Part shown: piece by piece, positions 18,957 to 27,947 of the stretch
Layout of the letters: every line of letters begins with the position of its first letter
Numbering within the stretch: the stretch's first letter is position 1
DNA from: Chloroflexota bacterium
GTDB lineage: Bacteria; Chloroflexota; Anaerolineae; Anaerolineales; Villigracilaceae
DNA: 64,000 nt
Assembly (NCBI GenBank): GCA_016866215.1
Contig: VGNE01000006.1
Location: forward strand, 36,631 to 100,630
Direction of reading: 5' to 3'
Made by a program: the position numbers and the translations under genes
The notes under the pieces: generated by a model
The model's database searches: none
Told to the model about the DNA's origin: nothing
Seen by the model: only the letters and a program-made list of their open reading frames with translations

Positions 18957-20171
18957 ATGATGAATTATTTCAAAATGGCGTATCGCAATTTGGGCAGGCA
19001 TCGCCGCCGCTCCATCCTTTCGGGGCTGGCTCTTGCCATGGGAACGGCATTGCTGATGTTCATCGCTGCCTTCTTTCAAGGCGAAATGCGCAGTTCCATG
19101 GAGACCACCCTGCGTCTCAACAGCGGACATATCCAGGTGCAGGATGCGGATTATGACCCCGACAAACTCAGCGTCGCCTGGGAATATCTGATCGAGAACC
19201 CGGAGCAGGTTGCGGCGCAGATCGAAGCGATTGACCAGGTCCGGGCGGCAACCCCGCGCCTCTTCGCAAGCGGAATCGTATCTGCGTTGGATGAATCCAT
19301 TGGCGTCCAGATCATGGGTATCGTTCCCGATTCTTCAGCGAATGATCCTTATCGCCAATTGGTCTCCGGCGAATTCATCACTGCCGATGACCGCGAAGGA
19401 ATCGTGATCGGGTATCCACTGGCAGAGAGTTTGGGGCTAAAAGTTGGCGACCAACTCAACCTGTTGGTGAACACATCCGAAGGCAATGTGGACGAGCAAA
19501 AGTTCGCCGTGCGCGGCATCTTTTCAACCGGCACAACCGCCTACGACAAGGGCATTGTGCTCCTGCCGCTCGCCAAGGCGCAGGCATTTTCCGGCGCGGG
19601 GAATCATGCCAGCATAATCTTTATCCTGTTGAAGGATCGCGAACAAGCAGACGTTGTTGCCGCCGCAATCCAGGGCAGTGGCTATCAGGTCAAGACCTGG
19701 ACCGAGTTGAACGAACTGCTCGTGCTGGTCAACGATTTTTCAAACGCCTACCTCATGATCATTAACTTGATCATACTTGGCGTAACCGCCACGGTCATCG
19801 TCAACACATTGCTCATGTCTGTTTTTGAACGCACACGTGAGATCGGGATTCTCTCCGCCATCGGCATGAAAGGCAGACAGGTTGTCACCCTCTTTCTTGC
19901 CGAAGCCAGTTTGCTGGCTTCGGGCGGAATCACTTTTGGCTCGTTGATCGGTTGGGCGCTCTCTGCCTATTTCGGCAAAGTCGGCGTCTACTTTGGCGAT
20001 CTGGGTATCAGCAACGATATGCTCCTGCAAGATCGCATTTACACCTACCTGACCTTGGAATCCGCGGTCAACCTGATCATCACAGCATTCATAATCACCG
20101 TACTTGCTTCACTCTATCCGGCGCGTATGGCATCCCGCATGGAACCGGTCGAAGCCTTACATGGAAATTAA
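18957..20171 (+). CDS. ABC transporter permease, FtsX/MacB-type (second copy)
   Basis: 404 aa with the same architecture; FERTREIGILSAIG motif. Confidence 0.85.
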   Translation: MMNYFKMAYRNLGRHRRRSILSGLALAMGTALLMFIAAFFQGEMRSSMETTLRLNSGHIQVQDADYDPDKLSVAWEYLIENPEQVAAQIEAIDQVRAATPRLFASGIVSALDESIGVQIMGIVPDSSANDPYRQLVSGEFITADDREGIVIGYPLAESLGLKVGDQLNLLVNTSEGNVDEQKFAVRGIFSTGTTAYDKGIVLLPLAKAQAFSGAGNHASIIFILLKDREQADVVAAAIQGSGYQVKTWTELNELLVLVNDFSNAYLMIINLIILGVTATVIVNTLLMSVFERTREIGILSAIGMKGRQVVTLFLAEASLLASGGITFGSLIGWALSAYFGKVGVYFGDLGISNDMLLQDRIYTYLTLESAVNLIITAFIITVLASLYPARMASRMEPVEALHGN

Positions 20172-20180
20172 GCTAATTTG

Positions 20181-20252
20181 CCCTCACCTCAACCCTCTCC
20201 CGTTGGAGAGGGGACTTCCTTCCCCCTTTTTGGGGAAGGACTGGGGATGAGG
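20181..20252. repeat. Composite palindromic repeat between the permease and ATPase genes
   Basis: CCCTCACCTCAACCCTCTCC-cgtt-GGAGAGGGG, then CCTTCCCC-ctttt-tGGGGAAGG, closed by GGGGATGAGGG. The first half recurs inverted inside the methyltransferase ORF at 28599-28637. Confidence 0.7.
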
Positions 20253-20268
20253 GAAAAGGAGAACCATC

Positions 20269-20961
20269 ATGGAAGTCGCAAAATTAACAGATGTCACCCG
20301 CGTTTACAAGATCGGCGAAGTGGAGACCCGCGCCTTGAACGGCGTCAGCTTAACGATTGGGAATGGTGAGTTCACTTCCCTGGTTGGACCTTCCGGCTCC
20401 GGCAAGACCACCCTTTTACAACTCATCGGCTGTCTCGACCAGCCCACATCCGGCAAAGTGGTCATTGACGGCAAAGAGACCACCAACCTGAACCGCAACC
20501 AGCGCGCCGACCTGCGCAAAGGGACGATCGGTTTTGTGTTCCAGTTCTTTGCCCTCATCCCCACGCTGACCGCCTACGAAAACGCGGAAATGCCGCTCCT
20601 GCTCAACGGCAAGAACGCGGCGGAGCGCAAACAGCGCGTGATGGAATTGCTAAAAGCGGTGGATATGACCGACCGCGCTCACCACCGCCCCGATCAACTC
20701 TCCGGCGGACAACAGCAGCGCGTCGCTGTCGCCCGAGCGCTGGCCACCAATCCCAAACTGATCCTCGCTGACGAACCCACCGCGAATTTAGACACAGAGA
20801 ATGGTGAGCAGGTCATGGAGATCATGAAGAAACTCAACAAAGAGACCGGCACCACCTTTGTCTTTGCCACGCACGACCCGCGCGTCATCAAATATGCGAC
20901 CCGCGTGGTCACATTGCAGGATGGACTGATCACAAACAACGGCAAGGCATCCGCAAAATAG
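20269..20961 (+). CDS. ABC transporter ATP-binding protein (MacB/LolD-like)
   Basis: Walker [10 protein letters not shown], signature [15 protein letters not shown], Walker B ILADEPT. Confidence 0.9.
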   Translation: MEVAKLTDVTRVYKIGEVETRALNGVSLTIGNGEFTSLVGPSGSGKTTLLQLIGCLDQPTSGKVVIDGKETTNLNRNQRADLRKGTIGFVFQFFALIPTLTAYENAEMPLLLNGKNAAERKQRVMELLKAVDMTDRAHHRPDQLSGGQQQRVAVARALATNPKLILADEPTANLDTENGEQVMEIMKKLNKETGTTFVFATHDPRVIKYATRVVTLQDGLITNNGKASAK

Positions 20962-20978
20962 ATGCTGGAGTGAAAAGA

Positions 20979-22145
20979 ATGAAAAAAGTTTTATGGGTTC
21001 TCGGCATACTGGCGCTTGTGTTAGCCGCCTGTGGTTCATCCTCCACGCCGACTGCAATCCCGACGGTCATGCTGGATGACATCGATGTGGATAGTTCGGC
21101 TCCCGTCTCGCGTGGAACTGTTACCGCTTCGGGGGTTGTCCTGCCTGCCCGGGAAGCGAGTATGGCATTTACTGTGGGCGGCAATGTAAAAACGGTGAAC
21201 GTCGCCGTTGGTGGGCGTGTGCGAGCCGGGCAGGTGTTGATCGAATTGGATAACACCATCGCCCGCTTGGAAGTCGAGCAGGCGAAGCGCGCGCTCCGGG
21301 AGTTGACCTCCCCGGCCTCCATCGCGGCGGCGGAGCGGGCGGCTGCATCCGCGCAAAAGGATATGGAAGACGCGCAAAACAAGGTATATGCGCTGGACCT
21401 CCCGCGCGCTTCCGAACTCAAACTTGATACTGTAAAATCCGACCTCGCATTGGCAAAAAGGCAACTGGCGCTCGCTTCCGACGAGTATCGAAGGGTTGAT
21501 AGACTGCCCGAAGGCGATAGCAAAAAAGCCAAAGCGTTGGCCGCCTTGACCGCCGCCGAAATGCGGGTAAATCAATTGCAAGCCGAATATGATTGGTACA
21601 CCGGCAAACCAACCGAAACGGATGCCGCCATTGTCCGCGCTAATTTCGCAGGTGCAGAAGCCGCCGTTCAGGAAGCGGAATGGTACCTGGCGGCGTTGAA
21701 AGGGGAGCCGGTCCCGCCGGAAGCGACGGGCTTTCAACTCACTCAACTGCAGCAGGCAAGGGATAATCTCGAAGCCGCGCAGGCAAGGCTTGACAATACG
21801 CGCCTGACCGCGCCATTCAACGGCGTGGTTGCCGCCATCAGCATCAGCGCAGGCGAGTTCGCCTCCCCCGGCCTGCCGTTGATCGTCGTCATTGATATGG
21901 ATCATTTTCAGGTTGAGACCACCGACTTGAGCGAACTCCAGATCACGAAGGTAAAGGTGGGCGATGCTGCCACTATCAGTGTGGATGCATTAAACCAGGA
22001 ATTCAACGGCGAGGTCATCAGCATCTCACCGCTGGCGAACACACTCGGAGGCGACGTCGTTTACAAAGTGACGATTGACTTCGATGAAACGCCCGCGGGT
22101 CTGCTTGGCGGTATGAGCGCCACTGTGGAAATAAGTGATAAGTAG
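20979..22145 (+). CDS. HlyD/MFP-family periplasmic adaptor lipoprotein
   Basis: Lipobox LVLAAC after MKKVLWVLGILA, a long coiled-coil centre, and a beta-barrel C-terminus (VKVGDAATISVDAL). The ORF track start at 20970 is an alternative. Confidence 0.8.
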   Translation: MKKVLWVLGILALVLAACGSSSTPTAIPTVMLDDIDVDSSAPVSRGTVTASGVVLPAREASMAFTVGGNVKTVNVAVGGRVRAGQVLIELDNTIARLEVEQAKRALRELTSPASIAAAERAAASAQKDMEDAQNKVYALDLPRASELKLDTVKSDLALAKRQLALASDEYRRVDRLPEGDSKKAKALAALTAAEMRVNQLQAEYDWYTGKPTETDAAIVRANFAGAEAAVQEAEWYLAALKGEPVPPEATGFQLTQLQQARDNLEAAQARLDNTRLTAPFNGVVAAISISAGEFASPGLPLIVVIDMDHFQVETTDLSELQITKVKVGDAATISVDALNQEFNGEVISISPLANTLGGDVVYKVTIDFDETPAGLLGGMSATVEISDK

Positions 22146-22204
22146 ACAGGTAAACAGGTAAACAAGGAGACAAGTAAGTAATTCGTGCCTGTGTACCTGT
22201 CTAC
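22142..22204. repeat. 17-bp inverted repeat (possible terminator or REP-like element) after the efflux operon
   Basis: GTAGACAGGTAAACAGG (22142-22158) pairs with CCTGTGTACCTGTCTAC (22188-22204) with 1 mismatch and a 29-nt loop. Confidence 0.4.
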
Positions 22205-22238
22205 CCGTCTACTTTTACAACACTCACAGGAGAATCCC

Positions 22239-23624
22239 ATGACCACCATCACTGTCATCGGCGCAGGCAGCGCATCATTTGGCGAGAACACCCTCTCCGC
22301 ATTGCTTCGCTCCCAAAAATTGAAAGGCTCCACCTTACGTTTGGTGGATCGCAATCTGCAAAGCCTGGATATCGTTCACAGATTAGCGAAGCGATTAAAT
22401 AAGGAATGGGATTCAAAATTCAATATCACTGCCCATGCACATCATAAAGAGGCTCTCGAAGGCGCGAACTTCGTGGTCTCCGCCATTGAAGTCGGTCCAC
22501 GCGAGGAGTTGTGGAAATCCGATTTTGAAATCCCATTGAAGTATGGCGTGCGTCAACCGTATGCAGAAAATGGCGGACCCGGTGGTTTTGCGCATGCCGC
22601 GCGGAATGTGAAGCCTGTGTTGGAAATCATCCGCGACATGGAGCAGGCTTGCCCGGAGGCCTGGTTTATCAATTTCACAAATCCGATGGTGCGTATTTGT
22701 GATCTCGTTAATCGTCACAGTAAAATAAAGGCCGTTGGTTTATGCCATCAAATTTACATCGGCTATTGCATGGTGGGAATTGCGCTTGCAAAGGAACTCG
22801 GCATTCAAGTGCCGAATGGGCTCGAAGGCATGCAAGCCGACATCCTGCAGCACCCGCTTCAACAAATGGTGATTCATCAAACTGTCCCGTTGATAGACAT
22901 CCGCGCGGCAGGCACAAATCATTTTTCCTGGATCATTTCCGTGCATGATAAAAGAACAGGACAGGATTTATACCCGTTTTTGAAGAAACGCTTTTTCGAT
23001 CTTGAAGAAAAATTTGAACCGCTCACGCGCCGCGTTTTTCATGACTTTGGCTTGTTGCCGATCCCCGGCGACACCCACCTCTGCGAATACCTGCCGTGGA
23101 TGAGCGATCCTGTCACCAAACCTTGGGAAAAATTCAACATCCGTTTGTATGATTGGAAAACAATGGCAGGTGTGCGTGATTTTAGTTTGGATCGCTTAAA
23201 CGAAATGGCGAACGATAACATGACGATTGAAGGGTTGTTGGATACAAATTCAGAAGGCGCTTTGGAGATGATCGAGAACATTGCGCTTGCAGGCAACCAT
23301 TATCATCTCGCTGCAAACCTGCCCAATGCAGGTCAGATTGCCAATCTGCCTTTGGGTGCAATCGTTGAGACCCCAGTGCATATCAATGCGGCCGGGATTC
23401 ATCCTGTGCATGTTGGGAATTTGCCAGAATCCATTGCTGAGTTATGCCGCCGGGAGTTAATAGTCTCACAATTGTGTGTTGATGCCGCTGTTGAAGGTAG
23501 TTATGAAAAAGCATTGCAATGTCTATTGCTTGATCCCATCGTCCATGACATGGATGCCGCAAAGAATATTCTGGATGATTATTTGAAGACCTACAAAGAA
23601 CATTTACCACAGTTCTGGGAATAA
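22239..23624 (+). CDS. Glycoside hydrolase family 4 (alpha-galactosidase/alpha-glucosidase, NAD/Mn dependent)
   Basis: The N-terminal Rossmann motif MTTITVIGAGSASFG, the GLCH motif (AVGLCHQ), and length are typical of GH4. ATG 22239 preferred. Confidence 0.8.
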   Translation: MTTITVIGAGSASFGENTLSALLRSQKLKGSTLRLVDRNLQSLDIVHRLAKRLNKEWDSKFNITAHAHHKEALEGANFVVSAIEVGPREELWKSDFEIPLKYGVRQPYAENGGPGGFAHAARNVKPVLEIIRDMEQACPEAWFINFTNPMVRICDLVNRHSKIKAVGLCHQIYIGYCMVGIALAKELGIQVPNGLEGMQADILQHPLQQMVIHQTVPLIDIRAAGTNHFSWIISVHDKRTGQDLYPFLKKRFFDLEEKFEPLTRRVFHDFGLLPIPGDTHLCEYLPWMSDPVTKPWEKFNIRLYDWKTMAGVRDFSLDRLNEMANDNMTIEGLLDTNSEGALEMIENIALAGNHYHLAANLPNAGQIANLPLGAIVETPVHINAAGIHPVHVGNLPESIAELCRRELIVSQLCVDAAVEGSYEKALQCLLLDPIVHDMDAAKNILDDYLKTYKEHLPQFWE

Positions 23625-23657
23625 AAAATAATTAAAACATTGTAATCAATGATCAAT

Positions 23658-23694
23658 AAAGAGATGCAGAATATTTTTCTGCATCTCTTTTATT
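23658..23694 (+). terminator. Rho-independent terminator after the GH4 gene
   Basis: AAAGAGATGCAGA-loop-TCTGCATCTCTTT followed by a T-rich tail. Confidence 0.7.
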
Positions 23695-23946
23695 GTAAAT
23701 AGATAAAGATATTAAAATATTTATTGAGAATTGATGGATATGGATGTTTATGTCGCACAATATTTTAAGAAAACTGTATGTGCAAAAACCTTTACATAAT
23801 TCAATAGTTGTATAACAATAAACACATAATCAATGATTTTATGTTTATCATCATTGATTGAATCATAAAACGGTGATCACATATGTTGTTCGTTGAAATC
23901 GAATCTACATTAGATCATAAAAAGGAATGACAATAAAGGAAAGATC

Positions 23947-24969
23947 ATGAATATTTGTGTATTGACAAGCACACCTGATGCAGACGATCTTCCGTATGAC
24001 CCATCGCCATACATGAAAGGCTATCGTTGGAAACAACATTTGGTAGCGCCAGCGCATGTTGAAAAACAAATTAAAGATCTGATGGATGACGGTGTGGATG
24101 CCTTCGTCAATTTATGTGACGGCACACCGGATGATGCACTTTCGGGCATTGCACTTGTGCATGCGCTTGAAAAATATAACGCCGCATTCACAGGCGCGGA
24201 TTCAAAATTCTTTGACCCCACCCGTGATGAAATGAAAAATGCCGCACGGCGTGTGTCTGTACCCACTCCCAATTGGATCTTTGTCAATCGCGCAGAAGAT
24301 GCTGAAAAAGTTGTGAAGCGCTTGAAATTCCCGATGTTGGTCAAACCACCCCACGGCTATGCCAGTGTTGGCATCCGCCGCAATTCCAGAGTGGAAACAA
24401 TTGAGCAGTTGCGCGAACAACTAAAACTTGAGATTGCTGAATTCGGACGCGCATTGATCGAAGAGTTCATTGAAGGGCGCGAATTTACCTGCCTGATATC
24501 AGAGAATCCCGACGACCCCAGGAAATCGGTCACATACACCCCGGTTGAGTTTATCTTCCCGGTCGGCGAAACTTTCAAGCACTATGAAATGAAATGGGTT
24601 GAATATGAAAAAATGTCCGTGGCTGTGGTCACTGACTGGCGTATAGAAAAGACCCTGCGCGAGCAAACCATGCGTGTCTTCAAAGAGCTGGGCGGAAATG
24701 GCTACGCCCGTTGTGATTATCGCATGGACTCAAATGGCGTGATTTACATGCTTGAGATCAATCCCAATTGCGGCATATTCTATCCGCCGCATGAGCCCGG
24801 TTCGGCAGATTTCTCGCTTCTCAACGACCCGGTCAACCATATCAGGTTTATGAGGTTGATCATTCGAAATGCCCTAAGACGGCAGACACGCATTGCCGCG
24901 GAAAAGATTATTAAGCGCCAGCACCGCAAACGCTCAGTCGAAGTTGAGCAGTTGGCCTTCAATATGTAA
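23947..24969 (+). CDS. ATP-grasp enzyme, D-Ala-D-Ala-ligase-like fold, unknown substrate
   Basis: 340 aa. FPMLVKPPHGYASVGI, LIEEFIEGREFTC and YARCDYRMDSNGVIYMLEINPNCG are ATP-grasp motifs. Visibly lower GC than its neighbours. Confidence 0.75.
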   Translation: MNICVLTSTPDADDLPYDPSPYMKGYRWKQHLVAPAHVEKQIKDLMDDGVDAFVNLCDGTPDDALSGIALVHALEKYNAAFTGADSKFFDPTRDEMKNAARRVSVPTPNWIFVNRAEDAEKVVKRLKFPMLVKPPHGYASVGIRRNSRVETIEQLREQLKLEIAEFGRALIEEFIEGREFTCLISENPDDPRKSVTYTPVEFIFPVGETFKHYEMKWVEYEKMSVAVVTDWRIEKTLREQTMRVFKELGGNGYARCDYRMDSNGVIYMLEINPNCGIFYPPHEPGSADFSLLNDPVNHIRFMRLIIRNALRRQTRIAAEKIIKRQHRKRSVEVEQLAFNM

Positions 24970-25005
24970 AAAGATGGGACACAGAAATGTGTCCCATCTT
25001 TTTTA
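24968..25005. terminator. Bidirectional hairpin terminator between the convergent ATP-grasp and galK genes
   Basis: AAAAGATGGGACAC-agaaat-GTGTCCCATCTTTT, flanked by A/T runs on both sides. Confidence 0.7.
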
Positions 25006-26223
25006 TCCTTTAATTAGACTCGCTCCCTCGCTTGCCTTGCAGATATAAACACTCGCCTCCAAACCTGACCTTTGCCTGTATGCCGCTGAAACAGCATTTG
25101 CAAACTCTTTGGCATTCTGCTCCTTTACCAAAGCGACAGCGCAGCCTCCAAATCCTGCGCCGGTCATGCGCGCGCCGTAGCAACCCTCCTGTTCACGGGC
25201 GCAATCCACTATGATGTTGAGCGCGTCGTTGGTCACTTCGAAGTCGTCACGCAGGCTGTCGTGACTGGCATCGAACAACTCTCCCAGCCGTTTTATATTC
25301 CCTGCTTTCATCACATGGACTGCCTCCAGCACGCGCGCGTTCTCGGTGATTATATGCTTCGCCCTTTTTAACATCACTTCATCCAATCTTTCCTCTTTCC
25401 CCCCTTCGACTGGACTCACATTGTCCCGATGCTCTTTCGGGAGGGCAAGCTTTCCTCGTTCAAACTCCTCCACGCTGACATCGCGCAACGCCTTCACCCC
25501 AAACCAACGTGCCGCCTCTTCACATTGACTGCGTCTTTCATTGTAAGTTGAGACCACCAGCCCGCGCCTTGTGGATGTATCAAGAATTACAATTGAAACA
25601 CCTTTTGGCAGGAGTACATGCTGAAATTCTAGCGAACGGCAATCCAAAAATAAAGCATGGCCTTCCTTGCAGACTGCACTCGCCATTTGATCCATGATGC
25701 CGCAATTAACCCCGACCCATTCATTCTCGGCCTTTTGTGCGATCTTTGCCATCCTTGGCGCATCCCACGTAAAACCGGAGACGGCGGCAAATGCACGTGC
25801 AACTGCCAATTCCACCGCCGCAGAGGAAGATAAGCCAGCTCCGCGCGGGACATTGCCTGTAATGATTGCGTCGAAGCCGTTTAATTCATAGCCTGCTTCC
25901 TGTAGTTGATATGCAATACCTTTTGGATATTCCAACCAGCCACTGCCTTTCGTGAGTGCATTTAACTCGAAAACTGAATCAGCTTGCAGGCTTGCATTGG
26001 TCGGCGTCGGAATATCCAGGGAAAAGAGGCGCACGGTTTTATCGGCTCGCGGACGAAGCGCAAGCCAGACGGCACGGTCAATTGCCATGGGCAGGACAAA
26101 GCCGTCGTTGTAATCGGTATGTTCGCCGATTAGATTAACCCGTCCCGGCGCGCGGACAATGATTTCAGTTTCGGAGTTAAAATAGGCTGCAAAAGACTGC
26201 TTGAGATTTCGAATGTTCATCAT
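25003..26223 (-). CDS. galK: Galactokinase
   Basis: Signature GRVNLIGEHTDYNDGFVLP, GHMP motif PRGAGLSSSAA, C-terminal ARMTGAGFGGC. Confidence 0.9.
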   Translation of the reverse strand: MMNIRNLKQSFAAYFNSETEIIVRAPGRVNLIGEHTDYNDGFVLPMAIDRAVWLALRPRADKTVRLFSLDIPTPTNASLQADSVFELNALTKGSGWLEYPKGIAYQLQEAGYELNGFDAIITGNVPRGAGLSSSAAVELAVARAFAAVSGFTWDAPRMAKIAQKAENEWVGVNCGIMDQMASAVCKEGHALFLDCRSLEFQHVLLPKGVSIVILDTSTRRGLVVSTYNERRSQCEEAARWFGVKALRDVSVEEFERGKLALPKEHRDNVSPVEGGKEERLDEVMLKRAKHIITENARVLEAVHVMKAGNIKRLGELFDASHDSLRDDFEVTNDALNIIVDCAREQEGCYGARMTGAGFGGCAVALVKEQNAKEFANAVSAAYRQRSGLEASVYICKASEGASLIKG

Positions 26224-26251
26224 CGCGGTTATACCATAGCAAAGGCACTAC

Positions 26252-26892
26252 GTGACCGATCTCGAATTGCTCGAAAAATATGAACCCGTGTTACGGTTCG
26301 CGAAAAGCGAGCGTTTTTTTCCAATGGCGGTTGAACCCTATTTGGATATTGTTCGCTTTTCCCCAGTGAGCGCATGGGGTGGCGGAGTTGTTTGCCCATT
26401 TGAATGAACCGCTGATTGATAAGATCGGCAGACTCACAAGTGAACAGTATTATCTGCGGTTTGTGAACAAGCCTTTGAATGATTCGGATGCCTGGGTATG
26501 GTGGGGAACGCTTTCGTTAATGGGTGTTGCGGCGGGTTGGTTTTCAGGGGAATACCCTCAAGGAAGGAGTTGTTAAATCGAGCAGTTACTTGAAGCGCAT
26601 TATGTCTGACCGTAAGACGACCCGCCCGCCTATAAAGGAATGGAAGCCCGTGCTATTGAATTCCGAGCCGATTTGGGTACAATATAAAGGATTGTGGGGT
26701 GTAAAAAGTTTGTTGAACGATGAATCGGGTCCGCCTGGCCCCAAGTGGGACAGACCCATGAAAGATCAGATTGGCGTGAACCGGCGTATCCGCTGGGATA
26801 AACCACTGGATTGGCTTGCAGAGTTGGAAAAACATTCCTATTACAAAGCGCCGCACGCATTTCAGACATCCGTAATTAATTCAGAATTATGA
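26252..26892 (+). pseudogene. Unknown conserved-looking gene broken into three frames
   Basis: VTDLELLEKYEPVLRFAKSERFFPMAVEPYL... (frame of 26252) continues sensibly into ORF 26379..26576 and then ORF 26524..26892. The frame switches fall near G4 runs. Confidence 0.4.
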
Positions 26893-26965
26893 TATATACT
26901 CGTAATTCCTTCCAGAAAATCTGGTACTCTATATCAAGCGGCAGGATCATAACAAGGAGAAAACC

Positions 26966-27904
26966 ATGTCCATTCCACAGATTCTTGAAGTTGCTATAGG
27001 CCTGATCGTTATCTATTACCTTTTGGGTTCAGTGGTGTCGCTAATTACACAATGGATCAATGAAGCGTTTGAGTCGCGTGGTAAAGCTTTGCAGCAATAT
27101 TTGATCAAGATCGTCGGCGAGAAAAAGGTCGAAGATCTGATAAGACTGCCCCAGGTGCAGGCGTTGCGCCCCATTCGATATAAGAATTTCCTGAGTGTGT
27201 TTGGTTCAATCACTGAACCTAAAAAACTGGAGAAAATCCCGGTTGCAATTTTGGTGGATGCGTTTTTCGATCTTTCCGGTTTAAGCAGAAAAAAAGAAAT
27301 GGATCTGCTTCAGTTGGCCGAAATAATCGACAAACTACCTGATTCCGAGGGTAAAAATGCATTTATAAGTTGGATCAATCAGGGCGTGACCAATATCGCT
27401 GATTTGCGTATGCGTACAACGGCTTACTTTACAGGACTGATGGAGCAGGCCGCAGATACCTTCCGCGCGCGTGCCCGCAGTTTTGTGATCATGCTTTCCA
27501 TTGGAATTACGATCCTGCTCGGTACCGATAGCATTCAACTTGCAGAGACGCTTTGGACGAATGTCGAGTTACGTGCCATCGCCGCCGCTCAGGCAGATGC
27601 GGTTGTGGCAGAAGGCGGCGCGAATGCAGATTTGTCCGATCTTCTCGATGACCTCGATCAATTTTCCATTAAGATTGGCTGGTGGCAAACACAGGAATTC
27701 CCAAAATCCCCCGACGTGGAGGCATGGGCTTTATTCATTTTCTGGAAGGCGCTGGGACTGGGCATCACTGCCGTGGCTGTCTCGCAGGGAGCATCCTTCT
27801 GGTACGATGTGCTGAAGAAAGTATCATCACCTGCCACAAGCACCAGCAGTAGTAAGAGTAGTGGTGGGGGGAGTAGCAGCACGAGTAGTAGCAGCAGCGG
27901 ATAA
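26966..27904 (+). CDS. Membrane protein with Ser-rich C-terminal tail
   Basis: 312 aa with an N-terminal TM, further TMs and the tail SSPATSTSSSKSSGGGSSSTSSSSSG. RBS AGGAGA. Confidence 0.6.
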   Translation: MSIPQILEVAIGLIVIYYLLGSVVSLITQWINEAFESRGKALQQYLIKIVGEKKVEDLIRLPQVQALRPIRYKNFLSVFGSITEPKKLEKIPVAILVDAFFDLSGLSRKKEMDLLQLAEIIDKLPDSEGKNAFISWINQGVTNIADLRMRTTAYFTGLMEQAADTFRARARSFVIMLSIGITILLGTDSIQLAETLWTNVELRAIAAAQADAVVAEGGANADLSDLLDDLDQFSIKIGWWQTQEFPKSPDVEAWALFIFWKALGLGITAVAVSQGASFWYDVLKKVSSPATSTSSSKSSGGGSSSTSSSSSG

Positions 27905-27947
27905 ATATGGCACAAAAAAATTCCGAGGTGATAAGCCTTGGAATTTT

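Noticed and set aside
23734-23930. Small ORFs in the AT-rich spacer upstream of the ATP-grasp gene (23734..23799, MDMDVYVAQYFKKTVCAKTFT; 23883..23930, MLFVEIESTLDHKKE), considered as possible graspetide/RiPP precursors.
   Set aside because: Neither has an RBS or conserved core motifs, and no leader is recognisable. The ATP-grasp enzyme looks Ddl-like rather than RimK/microviridin-like. Chance ORFs are expected in AT-rich DNA.
27838-27904. The Ser/Gly-rich AGC/AGT-rich stretch at the 3' end of the membrane-protein gene, considered as a possible DNA repeat element.
   Set aside because: It is a degenerate codon-level low-complexity tail (S/T/G) without a fixed DNA unit. It does not recur elsewhere in the window.
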